The notes under the pieces are model-generated. The model had not been told where the DNA came from. It was given only the letters and a program-made list of their open reading frames with translations, and did not search any database. A DNA stretch of 35,297 bases, taken from positions 1-35,297 of the forward strand of contig JBIJBR010000001.1 of NCBI GenBank assembly GCA_044345135.1, given 5' to 3'. Both the position numbers and the translations under genes were made by a program. This DNA comes from Vampirovibrionales bacterium (GTDB lineage Bacteria > Cyanobacteriota > Vampirovibrionia > Vampirovibrionales > JAJTHC01). Positions 7,954-16,481 of this stretch are shown piece by piece (the stretch's first letter is position 1; each line of letters opens with the position of its first letter).

Positions 7954-8598
7954 CTATGGACGGGGAGAAGGAGGCGCTTTTTTTCGTTTAAACAACCCCA
8001 ATCCCGAAGGGGAATAGCGGGCCAGCTCATCCTGAGAAGCCTTTAAATCCTTTTTAAGCGCTTGATTTTCATTTAAGAGATTTAGTAAATGCTTCACCAA
8101 AATATGCTTTTGCATTTGTAAATCTCCCGTTTGAAATACATCGTGCACAAAGCGGTCACGATTTAAAATGGCCGCCACTTTTCTGGCAATCAGCGTGGTG
8201 GTTTTAACGAGGTAATCATCCGTATCAGGGGGAGGCGGTAACTCAAAATCCAAATCTTTTAGCGCCTCTTCAGACAAGGCGGCCCTTTCATGCTTAAAGC
8301 TTTCAAGCAAAGAACGACGCAATACACTTTGTTCCGCTTCAGGAATTTGGCCCAAATAGTCTGACGTTTCTAAGAAGGCTTGAGCCTCTTCCAATGCTTC
8401 GATTTCAAGGGGCAACTGTTGAATACCTTCTTTTAATTTGTCAAAGGGATTCGTTTTTTTTCGAATATTTTCAAGCAGAACATCCATAGACGCGGTGGCA
8501 TCTATGGTAGAGACATAAGATTGTTTTGCTTCAGAAGGCATTGCCCCTTGATCATAATTAGGAAAGAGTTCATCTAGCACGGAAGCATTAGCATTCAT
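7954..8598 (-). CDS. Hypothetical acidic helical protein
   Basis: No family recognised. ATG 8598 is preceded by AGGA. The 40 upstream codons in the ORF track (GTG 8718) look non-coding. Confidence 0.6.
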   Translation of the reverse strand: MNANASVLDELFPNYDQGAMPSEAKQSYVSTIDATASMDVLLENIRKKTNPFDKLKEGIQQLPLEIEALEEAQAFLETSDYLGQIPEAEQSVLRRSLLESFKHERAALSEEALKDLDFELPPPPDTDDYLVKTTTLIARKVAAILNRDRFVHDVFQTGDLQMQKHILVKHLLNLLNENQALKKDLKASQDELARYSPSGLGLFKRKKAPPSPRP

Positions 8599-8991
8599 GC
8601 GAAGGTCCTTTTTTCTTGAGTCCTTGCCGAAACAAAAGAACTTATCCCAAATTATAGTAGAAAACTGTTTTTTAGGAAAGCTTTTCTCTCCCTTGCTTAT
8701 TCTATGATTCAAGACCACTTATAAAAATACCCATCCACCATAAGCAGGCGTCGTGCAACGGAACGCTTGCTTATGATGTGGTGTCCGAAAACACCCTGAC
8801 GAGTGACGATCTTATTGAATATTTTAGACGATGCGGGGAAGGCTTGGTTCACAAAAGATGAGATTGGTTCTAAGCTCTCTAAAAAAGACGAGACGCTATG
8901 TTGATTATATAATGATTATAAGTCATTGAAAATAAATAGGGCCTCTTCGCGATCGTCGTCCCCTTAAGGTTGTAATGATGTCACCTATGTT

Positions 8992-9831
8992 ATGCAACTC
9001 ATTGAAAATACACCCTTTAATAAGACAAATCGTCACAGGATTGTCATGATTCTACTTCGCTTATTTCACGAACTACAAAGCCTCCTCGGCGTAGAGCATT
9101 GCCCGCGCTGTCAAGTGACGCAGGCGGTCAGCGCCTTATGTGAAAACTGCCAGCAGGCTACGGGCTTTGACCCTAAATGCACGACACGGCTTCATCAAGC
9201 CTTCCCCGTCTGGGAAGTCTTTAGCTGGAACCGACGAGTCCACCGTATTTGGTATGGCGTGAAGTTTTATCAACGTTATGGGGCGTTTTTCTTGATTCAA
9301 AGCGCTTTTCGGCAAGCCCTTGAGCTAATTCCCGACTTAGAAAATATTCAAGGCACGCTCTATGTCGTGCATCCCCCGATTCGTGCGGGACGCCCCAATC
9401 TATTTGCGCCGATTTGGGTCGCGCTTTGTCGTGAAAAACAGTGGATTTATGTCCCCAATGCCTTTGAATTTACAGACCCCAAAAACACCCTCCCCTTACA
9501 TCGCAGCACAAGTATCCCTGAACGCCAACGGCTCATGCAAGATCGTTTTCAACTCCATCCCCATTTTAAAGCACGATTTCACGCCGCTCTCTTGACTTCA
9601 TCTGAAGCCCCCTCCCTCTTAGTGGTCGATGATTTTATGACCACAGGCACAACGCTCAGCGCTTGCTTTACATTATTACAACACCTAGTGAACGCCGCCA
9701 AAACCCCAAAAATACCCACGGAGAAAACCCATCAGCCGACAACGAGTCTTTGTGATAAAATAGAGTCAATAAATCCCTCCCCGTTTTTGGGAGCCTTAGT
9801 AATGACGACCGTCCCTAAAGAAGCGCCTTAA
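8992..9831 (+). CDS. comF: ComF-family phosphoribosyltransferase-like competence protein
   Basis: N-terminal 4-Cys finger (CPRCQ...CENCQ) and C-terminal PRPP-binding loop (LLVVDDFMTTGTTL). Confidence 0.8.
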   Translation: MQLIENTPFNKTNRHRIVMILLRLFHELQSLLGVEHCPRCQVTQAVSALCENCQQATGFDPKCTTRLHQAFPVWEVFSWNRRVHRIWYGVKFYQRYGAFFLIQSAFRQALELIPDLENIQGTLYVVHPPIRAGRPNLFAPIWVALCREKQWIYVPNAFEFTDPKNTLPLHRSTSIPERQRLMQDRFQLHPHFKARFHAALLTSSEAPSLLVVDDFMTTGTTLSACFTLLQHLVNAAKTPKIPTEKTHQPTTSLCDKIESINPSPFLGALVMTTVPKEAP

Positions 9832-9874
9832 ATCAGGCTTGTCTTCTATTCATTTATTATAAGGACTGCTTTTT

Positions 9875-11203
9875 ATGATGACTGCCTCTTCCCCAAACGT
9901 CGAACTCAGCGCCTCGACCCAAAACGAGAATCTACCCCCTATTCGCATTGGCATGATTGGTTTAGGGACGGTCGGACAAGGCACCTTTAAATTAATTCAA
10001 CGTCAAACAGGTTTAGATGTACGAGCCGTCGCGGTTCAGAATCTAGACAAGGAGCGCGGTTTAGAGGATTTAGACCCTGCGCTATTGACCACTGATGCAA
10101 TGGCCGTGGCTTTGCGTGACGATGTCGATATTTTAATTGAAGTCGCCGGAGGGGTAGACAGTACCAAGCCGTTTTTAGAAACGGCCATTCGTTCAGGGAA
10201 ACATGTGGTGACGGCCAATAAAGCCTTAATTGCACAACATGGCCCCGAATTATTCGCCCTTGCCAAAGCGCATCGGGTGAGCTTACTCTTTGAAGCGGCG
10301 GTTGCAGGGGGCGTTCCGATTGTCACCCCTTTAAAAATGGGCTTAGCCGCCAATACTATTGAAGAAATTGCAGGGATTTTAAACGGCACCACCAATTATA
10401 TTTTAACGCGTATGATGCAAGACGGCTGGACCTATGAAGATGCCCTTGAAAAAGCGAAAGCCTTGGGCTACGCCGAAGCAGACCCCAGCAGTGATGTCGA
10501 AGGCTTTGATGCGGCGTATAAAATCGCTATTTTAGCAGGCCTTGCAACAGGACATTGGGTGAATGTAAAGGATATGACCGTTGAAGGGATTACTCCTATT
10601 ACGCCTCAAGAAGTGGCCTATGCCAAGCAATTTGGCTATACCATTCGCTTGGTGGCTTTGGCTCGTTTAAAAGCCAGCAAGCCAGATGTTCGAGTACACC
10701 CCATGTTGGTTCCCAATGAGCACCCTTTGTCTTCTGTCCATAATGAATATAACGCCATTTGGGTGCGTGGGGATGCCGTCGGGGATGCCATGTTTTCGGG
10801 CAAAGGCGCAGGAGAACTCCCCACTGCGAGTTCTGTGATGGGGGATGTCTTGGCCATTGTTGCTGATTTGCGTGCGGGGAATCTTCACCCTGTCGCTTCA
10901 ATGGAATTAAGCCTTAAGGAACCCGCTGTCCTTCAGCCGATTGGGGAAACCACGAATCGTTATTATATTCGTATGACGACTGCGGATGAACCTGGCGTTT
11001 TAGCGGCCCTAGGCAACGCTTTTGGCAATGCCCGCGTGAGCTTGGAATCTTTTCTACAATTACCTAACCCCCAAAACAATCCCTATACCAGCTTGATGGT
11101 GGTGACGCATATCGCCAAGGAATACGACGTGCAGGAGGCTTTGGATACCATTCGCAAGCTCCCTTCCACCCGTGCTGTTGACTGTGTGTTACGGGTTTTA
11201 TAA
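9875..11203 (+). CDS. hom: Homoserine dehydrogenase
   Basis: NAD-binding IGMIGLGTVGQG. Catalytic domain motifs ANKALIA, LNGTTNYILTRM and GYAEADPSSDVEGFDAAYKIAILA. ACT-like C-terminus. AAGGA RBS upstream. Confidence 0.92.
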   Translation: MMTASSPNVELSASTQNENLPPIRIGMIGLGTVGQGTFKLIQRQTGLDVRAVAVQNLDKERGLEDLDPALLTTDAMAVALRDDVDILIEVAGGVDSTKPFLETAIRSGKHVVTANKALIAQHGPELFALAKAHRVSLLFEAAVAGGVPIVTPLKMGLAANTIEEIAGILNGTTNYILTRMMQDGWTYEDALEKAKALGYAEADPSSDVEGFDAAYKIAILAGLATGHWVNVKDMTVEGITPITPQEVAYAKQFGYTIRLVALARLKASKPDVRVHPMLVPNEHPLSSVHNEYNAIWVRGDAVGDAMFSGKGAGELPTASSVMGDVLAIVADLRAGNLHPVASMELSLKEPAVLQPIGETTNRYYIRMTTADEPGVLAALGNAFGNARVSLESFLQLPNPQNNPYTSLMVVTHIAKEYDVQEALDTIRKLPSTRAVDCVLRVL

Positions 11204-11205
11204 GC

Positions 11206-11241
11206 TTCAAAGGCGTATTAAAAACTCCACACGCCTTTGAA
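11206..11241 (+). terminator. 11-bp perfect hairpin right after hom (no U tract)
   Basis: TTCAAAGGCGT (11206-11216) pairs with ACGCCTTTGAA (11231-11241), with a 14-nt loop. It starts 3 nt after the hom stop. No T run follows, so terminator function is uncertain. Confidence 0.4.
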
Positions 11242-11380
11242 ATCACCAATGTAACAATGTCTCCATGCTGTCTTTTCTTAAAACGTTGAGGTGCTAAGAT
11301 AGGGGAGGCTTGAATCCAGATCATCTCGATTCAACGTTTTTAGATGATACTTTTCTCAATAATTTAAGGAACACTCGTAG

Positions 11381-12034
11381 ATGTCGATGTCTTTACCCCC
11401 CCATAGTAACTTATATAAAGTAAGTACGGTTCATGAAAAAGATCCCTTACAGCAACGTCAAGGTGCCATTGTAAAAGATGCAAAACCTTTTGAGGATTAC
11501 TTGGTATGTTTGTTTCACCAAATACCCGAGAGAGTTGGTAGTAATATACCTCCTGCGGCTACTGCCTATTCTGAACTTAAAGCGGGCTTTAGCAAATTAT
11601 TCGAGCAAAAGGAGGATGGTTTTTTAGCTTCGATGCACTTAGAAGCTCCCGACAATAATCCAAACTATATTACGCGTGCGCAACTCGTGTTAGAGAGTCT
11701 GGATTCTTTAAAGCCTCTAAAGACTGGAGAGCAGAGATCTTCTTCTCATGTAGGTGATTGTATGGAGAAGAATCAGCCTCAACACGTGAAGACCACTATT
11801 ACTGATGAGGATAAACTCAATGTAACGGTGCATTTACCTCATAAGCTTGATAGCAAATACGAGGAGGAAACTGGATGGAGTATTCGTGGTTTAAAGAGTA
11901 CTCCGAAGTATTTACAGGAGCTTAACGAGGCAGCTATAAAAGACAAAGACCCTAGGTCTTTGATCCCGAAAGAGGAATTAGATGACATAAAAGCTATTTT
12001 CTCCTCATCTCCTACTGAAGCAACCACTGTTTAA
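11381..12034 (+). CDS. Hypothetical protein, QRQG N-terminal-module family (see findings)
   Basis: 217-aa ORF with AAGGA RBS. The N-terminus MSMSLPPH...QQRQGAIVKDAKPF resembles that of ORF 21694. AT-rich relative to its neighbours. Confidence 0.6.
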   Translation: MSMSLPPHSNLYKVSTVHEKDPLQQRQGAIVKDAKPFEDYLVCLFHQIPERVGSNIPPAATAYSELKAGFSKLFEQKEDGFLASMHLEAPDNNPNYITRAQLVLESLDSLKPLKTGEQRSSSHVGDCMEKNQPQHVKTTITDEDKLNVTVHLPHKLDSKYEEETGWSIRGLKSTPKYLQELNEAAIKDKDPRSLIPKEELDDIKAIFSSSPTEATTV

Positions 12035-12073
12035 TCAGTAGAGGTTTAAATTTAGCGCATTTATCATATTTTC

Positions 12074-12109
12074 CGACGATTTTGCTTCACGGCAAAGTCG
12101 TCGTTTTTT
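12074..12109 (+). terminator. Rho-independent terminator
   Basis: CGACGATTTTGC (12074-12085) pairs with GCAAAGTCGTCG (12092-12103). 12 bp including one G-U, 6-nt loop, then T6 (12104-12109). It overlaps the comEC stop codon on the other strand. Confidence 0.7.
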
Positions 12110-14951
12110 AAAGCAACGGCAGTCGTTCCCAATGCAACTGGTAACGCCTTCCGTGAGGTGTATCGTAGGCGTGCCAGTTGTTTTTAAGCCTAAAATCAGC
12201 GGCTTCCCACCGCAATTGTAAGCTTCCCTGCGGAGCAAAGTGCCATTCTAGCAAAGAACCCTGATGATGATCCCATCGACTGACCTGAATCTGTGGCCAC
12301 TGCTCGCGAAGGGCGCGTTCAAAGGCCTCTGCTTGAAGTCTACGCCGTGCTCCACGTTTTTGCTTCAAACGAAGGGCTTTTTTTGAAGCCGAATGTCGCT
12401 TCTTTAGTTTTTTATATTTTTTCTTGTGAAGCTGTTTTTTTTCTGTTCTAGCCTGACTAAAAATATCAGTTTCGGCTTGGGAAGGACTCGCAGGAAGCCT
12501 TATTTTCCACGTCGCCTGAGTAGGGGGTTGCATCACCCAAGTGGGGACGTCTTTCACAAAGTGAGCCTCTTCATTCGCGCCCAGTTTAGGCAATTTTAAG
12601 GCGGGGCTTTGGTCAAAAAACGCGATCAAAAATAGGGACTCTTCTTTAGTGGATTTGCTTTTTGAAGTGTCTTCTATTCGTTTTTTAAAATCTCGTTGAC
12701 TGGCTTTACTCAAATACTGAACATCCCCCTTCGACAAGCGACGGATATTCTTTTCCAAGCGGTGTAAACGTTTGGTCGCGTCACTCAAACGATGTTTTTT
12801 TGATTTGGTTTTTTGATATTTTTTACGCTTTTTTTTAGGATGATATTTTTTTGCTTGAGTCTTTTTAACCTTGAGATGAGACGGTAAAGGCAACTCTAAT
12901 AAAACCACCTCTTCAGGCGGAGGAAGGTGCTGTGCTTTAAAATATCCAGCCAGATCCTTAATATCCCAATACGACAAGGGATGAGAAAGAAAAAGGATAC
13001 TCTTAAAGTGGCTGGGATTTTGAGGCCTTGGATTATAATGAAGCAACTTAACGCCTTCTCGTCGTGCGGTTTCCCCCACAGGAAGGGAAATCCATTCCAC
13101 TGGGGCATGGCGTTGAAAGCGAGTCGCATCCCAATAAAATGGAAAGATCACTAAGGCTATAATACCCCCCCCTAGAACAAAAGCGAAGGCTTTTCCTTTC
13201 AACACCCATTTTGAAAGAGTTGTTGAAAAAAACCATGCTCTTTTCCACCACGGTAAGCTCAGCAAGACGGCATAGGTACTGAACATCCACCAAGAAGGCA
13301 AGGCCACTGTAGACCATTGGAGCTGGGGAAAGGAAGCCCCCCATAGTGTCCATGCCACTTGAAGCTGAAGGAGATATTGCGTCGGAAATAAGAAAAATTT
13401 AGCACAGATTGGTGACAAACAAAACAGGCCGAACCCTAAAAATCCCCATACGGTAAGAGGGGCCACCAATAAGCCACTCAGCAGATTCATCACAATCGCG
13501 TGTAAAGGGATTTGATAAAACGTAAATAAGAGTAGGGGAGTCGCGTATAATTGAGCCACCGCGGTTAAAGCTCCCGCTGAAAGAATCCCTACGCCAATAC
13601 TACGTTTGGCATCCCAGCCTTGTGTTTTAAAATACGCTTCAATTTGGGTATATAAAGTCACCAAACCAAATGTCGTTAACACGGAGAGTTGAAAGCCCAG
13701 ACTTAAGCAGAGTTGCGGTTCTACAACAATTAAAAACGTAATGGCGACTAAAAGTAAAAACAAGGGGTTTAACGGGCGAAATAGGTATTTCATCCACACG
13801 CCAATCAACCACATGACCACCGCTCTTAAAATAGAGGGAGGAAACCCCGTCGCTGCCCCATAAAAAACCACTCCTATACTGGCAAGCGTAAAGGCCAGCC
13901 CTCGAGGCAAACGTGGGATCAAGCGCAACACAAAAAGAAGCCCTGCGGCGATAATCGCCACATTCATGCCACTTGCGGCCACCAAATGGATTTGCCCCGT
14001 TTCGACAAAGGCCTTTTTTAGTGCGGCAGGCAAAGGACTGGCGCGATCCCCCAAGACCATTCCCCCCAACAAGCTTCCCGCATTAAGCCCCAAGCCCGCT
14101 TGCAAATCGTGAATAAAGGCTTGACGTTTTTTAAAAATCCACGGTAAGGGGCGCAAATAGAGTTCCCGTAACCATGAAACAGAAGGAGGCACACCCGTTT
14201 CAATTGATTCATACTGCAGGCAATCTTCATTCACACGGGCTTTAAATAAAGTGCCCGCCACCCCCATGCCTTGCAGATACTGACGTTCATTAAAATCCCC
14301 TAAAAACCGTGGGGCTTGGCCTAATTTTAAAAATCCTGACACACAGGTTTGACTACCCACAGGAGGGAGCGCAGGGGCATTTTTCCCTGTCTTTAATAGA
14401 ATATGAACATTCGTGGCGGTATCGAGATGACGCGTTTCAAGCACCACGCCTTTTTCATGAGGCAGTAATTTCCCGGGCAGACGCACGAATTGCGCATTTA
14501 AATACGCGGGTACTTCAACGGGATGAAATCGACCAAGCGCTACAAGATAGCCCAAGCCCACACATATACCCCATAGACATAATCGCTTTAGCCAAGGGGT
14601 GAAACGTCCCCAAAAAAGTCCCCCCGCCAAAAAGGCGAGCAGAATCCCCTTAACCCCCCAGGCAGGAAGCAAGCACAGTTCCCCCAAGGCTTGCTGATGC
14701 ACCGCCATAAAGGCCCCTAAAATTCCACCCAAAAGTCCCGCAGCCAAGCCTTTTTGTAAGCGGTAAAGGAGTTCGAGTCCCAAATGCATATAGAGACGAA
14801 GCGAAACCCACGCTGTTTGTATCCATAATCCAAGCGATTGTTTTGCCAATAGACGCCTCATTTTTCTGCTGGATTTCATGTACTTTAAAAAAGCGGGATT
14901 CCTTCTCGTCGGAGTGCTCGCTTCATTCAAGCATACCTTATAAAATAACAT
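12108..14951 (-). CDS. comEC: ComEC/Rec2 DNA internalisation channel protein with atypical C-terminal third
   Basis: Multi-pass competence domain (GQIHLVAASGMNVAIIAAGL...FPPSILRAVVMW). The C-terminal ~330 aa shows no metallo-beta-lactamase His/Asp motif and carries two poly-Lys/Arg patches. Confidence 0.85.
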   Translation of the reverse strand: MLFYKVCLNEASTPTRRNPAFLKYMKSSRKMRRLLAKQSLGLWIQTAWVSLRLYMHLGLELLYRLQKGLAAGLLGGILGAFMAVHQQALGELCLLPAWGVKGILLAFLAGGLFWGRFTPWLKRLCLWGICVGLGYLVALGRFHPVEVPAYLNAQFVRLPGKLLPHEKGVVLETRHLDTATNVHILLKTGKNAPALPPVGSQTCVSGFLKLGQAPRFLGDFNERQYLQGMGVAGTLFKARVNEDCLQYESIETGVPPSVSWLRELYLRPLPWIFKKRQAFIHDLQAGLGLNAGSLLGGMVLGDRASPLPAALKKAFVETGQIHLVAASGMNVAIIAAGLLFVLRLIPRLPRGLAFTLASIGVVFYGAATGFPPSILRAVVMWLIGVWMKYLFRPLNPLFLLLVAITFLIVVEPQLCLSLGFQLSVLTTFGLVTLYTQIEAYFKTQGWDAKRSIGVGILSAGALTAVAQLYATPLLLFTFYQIPLHAIVMNLLSGLLVAPLTVWGFLGFGLFCLSPICAKFFLFPTQYLLQLQVAWTLWGASFPQLQWSTVALPSWWMFSTYAVLLSLPWWKRAWFFSTTLSKWVLKGKAFAFVLGGGIIALVIFPFYWDATRFQRHAPVEWISLPVGETARREGVKLLHYNPRPQNPSHFKSILFLSHPLSYWDIKDLAGYFKAQHLPPPEEVVLLELPLPSHLKVKKTQAKKYHPKKKRKKYQKTKSKKHRLSDATKRLHRLEKNIRRLSKGDVQYLSKASQRDFKKRIEDTSKSKSTKEESLFLIAFFDQSPALKLPKLGANEEAHFVKDVPTWVMQPPTQATWKIRLPASPSQAETDIFSQARTEKKQLHKKKYKKLKKRHSASKKALRLKQKRGARRRLQAEAFERALREQWPQIQVSRWDHHQGSLLEWHFAPQGSLQLRWEAADFRLKNNWHAYDTPHGRRYQLHWERLPLL

Positions 14952-15082
14952 AGGGGGACTTGAAATTCAAAAAACGAACGCACAAGGCTTGTATCACTTT
15001 TGTTTTGAAAGTAAAATAAATAAAGTGGTTTTAGTCCACCTTTACCGTCGCCTCGACCCTTGATATAAGGTATGCCATTCGC

Positions 15083-16114
15083 ATGATGATCTCCTCTTCA
15101 CTCTCCCCAATTGATGCCCCTGTTATTTTTGATATTTCCGATGAAATAGAGGGGGAATCTCTCCCTATTTCGGTAGATCCCACTCGTTTAGAAACCCCAG
15201 ACGGCTTTCGCTCTGGTTTTGTGGCCTTAGTGGGTCGACCCAATGTAGGCAAATCAACCTTGTTAAACCAGCTGATGGGTCAAAAAATTGCCATTTGCTC
15301 CCCTGTGATGCAAACCACACGCCACCGTATTCGTGGGGTGATGACCCGTCCCGACGCGCAGTTGGTGATTCTAGATACCCCAGGCTTTTCAAAACCGATT
15401 GATGCCTTAGGCACCTTTTTAGTCAAAGAAGGTTACGCCGCGTTAAAAGAAGCGGATGTGCTTTTTTGTGTAATGGATATTACCAGCCCCCCAGGCCGTG
15501 GTGATGCATGGATCGTCGAACAAGCCTTGTCCACCAAGCGCCCTGTTTATCTCATTTTAAATAAAGTCGACCGCTTAACGGGTAATCCCGCGCTGTATGA
15601 AGAACGTAGCAAGGCTTACCAACAGTTGTTTTTAACGGCTAAAGGGATGTACAAACGTTGCTTGCATACCTCTGCCAAAACAGGGAAGCAAAAAAATGTA
15701 TTGACCGAAGCCATGTTTGAATCCTTGCCCAAGGGCCCCAAGTATTATGAAGACGACACCTTAACCGACCAACGTTTAAGAGAGATGGTCGCCGAATTGG
15801 TCCGAGAACAAGTCCTACTCAACACGCAGGATGAAATCCCCCATTCCGTGGCCATTGGAGTAGATGTCTTTGATGAAACGCATGAAAAAATGCCTCATTT
15901 ATACGTCACGCTCTATGTGAACCGTAAATCTCAACGGGGGATGCTCATTGGGAAAGCAGGCACGATGATCCGTCTTATTGGGGAGCGGGCGCGCCTTAAA
16001 ATTGAACGTTTATTGGGGGAGCAGGTCTTTTTAAAGCTGGATGTCAAAGTCAAAGAAAACTGGCGGAAAGACGTCAAATTTTTGCAAGGCCTGAACTTGG
16101 CCCTTCCTCAATAG
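15083..16114 (+). CDS. era: GTPase Era
   Basis: G1 GRPNVGKST, G3 DTPG, G4 NKVD, and a C-terminal KH domain (NRKSQRGMLIGKAGTMIRLIGERAR). About 45 aa of N-terminal extension. Confidence 0.92.
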   Translation: MMISSSLSPIDAPVIFDISDEIEGESLPISVDPTRLETPDGFRSGFVALVGRPNVGKSTLLNQLMGQKIAICSPVMQTTRHRIRGVMTRPDAQLVILDTPGFSKPIDALGTFLVKEGYAALKEADVLFCVMDITSPPGRGDAWIVEQALSTKRPVYLILNKVDRLTGNPALYEERSKAYQQLFLTAKGMYKRCLHTSAKTGKQKNVLTEAMFESLPKGPKYYEDDTLTDQRLREMVAELVREQVLLNTQDEIPHSVAIGVDVFDETHEKMPHLYVTLYVNRKSQRGMLIGKAGTMIRLIGERARLKIERLLGEQVFLKLDVKVKENWRKDVKFLQGLNLALPQ

Positions 16115-16120
16115 AGGAGC

Positions 16121-16393
16121 TCAATAGGAAAGCTCAATAGGGGATTTTGATAAAAAATCGATGGCGAGCTGTGCGGCTGTAAATTGACCAGAACTCACAC
16201 CAGACTTGAAATAACGTTTAATTGCTTTTGCCAAGAGTGGATCTACTCGTTCTGCCTGCTCAATAACGGCTTCGCTTTCTTCAGAACTGGGAGGTTTTTC
16301 TAAAGCCAAACCAGGGATAATCTTCTTTCCTAATAAAACGTCCTCTTCACTTCGGATGTAAGGTCGAACAGCGGTTTTGATAAGAGATCGCAC
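16121..16393 (-). CDS. Orphan 90-codon ORF, possibly a gene fragment
   Basis: Open frame with only a GTG start and no SD. A stop lies 8 codons upstream of the GTG. No family recognised. It abuts the IS remnant. Confidence 0.3.
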   Translation of the reverse strand: MRSLIKTAVRPYIRSEEDVLLGKKIIPGLALEKPPSSEESEAVIEQAERVDPLLAKAIKRYFKSGVSSGQFTAAQLAIDFLSKSPIELSY

Positions 16394-16427
16394 TTTTTGT
16401 GTAGGTTCTTTTTGTCAATCTTCTGGC

Positions 16428-16441
16428 TTCTGTTGAGATTT
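16428..16441. repeat. Left terminal inverted repeat of the IS remnant
   Basis: TTCTGTTGAGATTT is the exact reverse complement of 16940-16953. Confidence 0.8.
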
Positions 16442-16481
16442 ATTAAGAGGCCTAATACCCTTCTTTAAAAGGAGCGTGTAT

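Noticed and set aside
8599-8718. 40-codon N-terminal extension (GTG 8718) of ORF 7954-8598
   Set aside because: The extension peptide (MVLNHRISKGEKSFPKKQFSTIIWDKFFCFGK...) looks non-coding. It contains a TATAAT promoter element on that strand, and the internal ATG 8598 has a good SD.
8820-8925. 33-codon ORF (MRGRLGSQKMRLVLSSLKKTRRYVDYIMIISH) in the spacer upstream of comF
   Set aside because: It is short, has no RBS and has an implausible composition. The internal MRL is a coincidence with the QRQG family start.
9987-10901. Cluster of antisense ORFs within hom (9987-10235, 10036-10395, 10599-10901, 10636-10857, 10667-10888)
   Set aside because: All lie inside hom on the opposite strand, overlap each other and have no recognisable features.
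12074-12103. Idea that the hairpins bounding the AT-rich orphan cassettes (11206-11241, 12074-12103, 21000-21022) are integron attC sites
   Set aside because: No RYYYAAC / GTTRRRY core sites flank the stems and no integrase is present. The 12074 and 21000 hairpins have T tracts and read as ordinary terminators.
12896-14602. ORFs 12896-13129, 12927-13154, 13048-13353, 14018-14230 and 14309-14602 overlapping comEC
   Set aside because: They are alternative-frame or antisense shadows of comEC. They were useful only to confirm that the homopolymer at 13165-13172 is 8 nt long.
14768-14780. GGAGTTCGAGTCC, reminiscent of a tRNA T-arm/T-loop
   Set aside because: No flanking acceptor, D or anticodon stems can be drawn, and it lies inside comEC. 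No tRNA is called anywhere in the window.
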